This document shows, one piece after another, positions 63,751 to 64,000 of a DNA stretch of 64,000 bases (position 1 is its first letter; every line of letters starts with the position of its first letter). The position numbers and the translations under genes were made by a program. The notes below the pieces were generated by a model. It saw nothing but the letters and a program-made list of their open reading frames with translations, did not search any database and was not told where the DNA came from. The stretch spans positions 116,066,001 through 116,130,000 of the forward strand of contig CM059431.1 in NCBI GenBank assembly GCA_030390025.1. The letters run 5' to 3'. The stretch is from Squalus acanthias (lineage: Eukaryota).

Positions 63751-64000
63751 ACGTTTGATCTCTTCTTGAACTTGAACCAACATCTTCTGGAACTCCAGCC
63801 AACTGGTGCGAACAGCTGACACTGTGTCCACTCTTTCAGTGATGTAATTGCCACACAAGTCTGGCTCCTTTGCATATTTGAGGACTGTACCCACTACTCT
63901 CCCCTCAATATCCGTTTCAATCTGCGGTTCATGGTTTATTTTAAAATAGGGTTCTGGAATGGCCTTTTCTCAGAGATTGCTTCGATATCACCTGGGATGA

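Overview
Vertebrate genomic DNA, most likely a cartilaginous fish (inferred from HE1/V-SINE, SacSINE1/Deu-SINE-like and shark-type CR1/L2 repeats). The window is almost all intron. The only host coding exon I can identify is a 92-bp + strand exon (54903-54994) encoding the second half of the VAV1 C1 zinc-finger domain. The rest is layered transposon debris: CR1, L2, RTE, an L1 relic, SINEs, Harbinger transposons and nested MITEs, Penelope-like elements carrying minimal hammerhead ribozymes, and two solo LTRs. The most unusual item is a CpG-rich, nearly intact endogenous envelope gene (~57000-58586, one premature stop). It has paramyxo/pneumovirus-F-like class I fusion-protein architecture, is followed by a polypurine tract and a short LTR-like terminus, and has no gag/pol. 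Repeat boundaries were read by eye and are approximate unless a target-site duplication (TSD) or terminal inverted repeat (TIR) is quoted.
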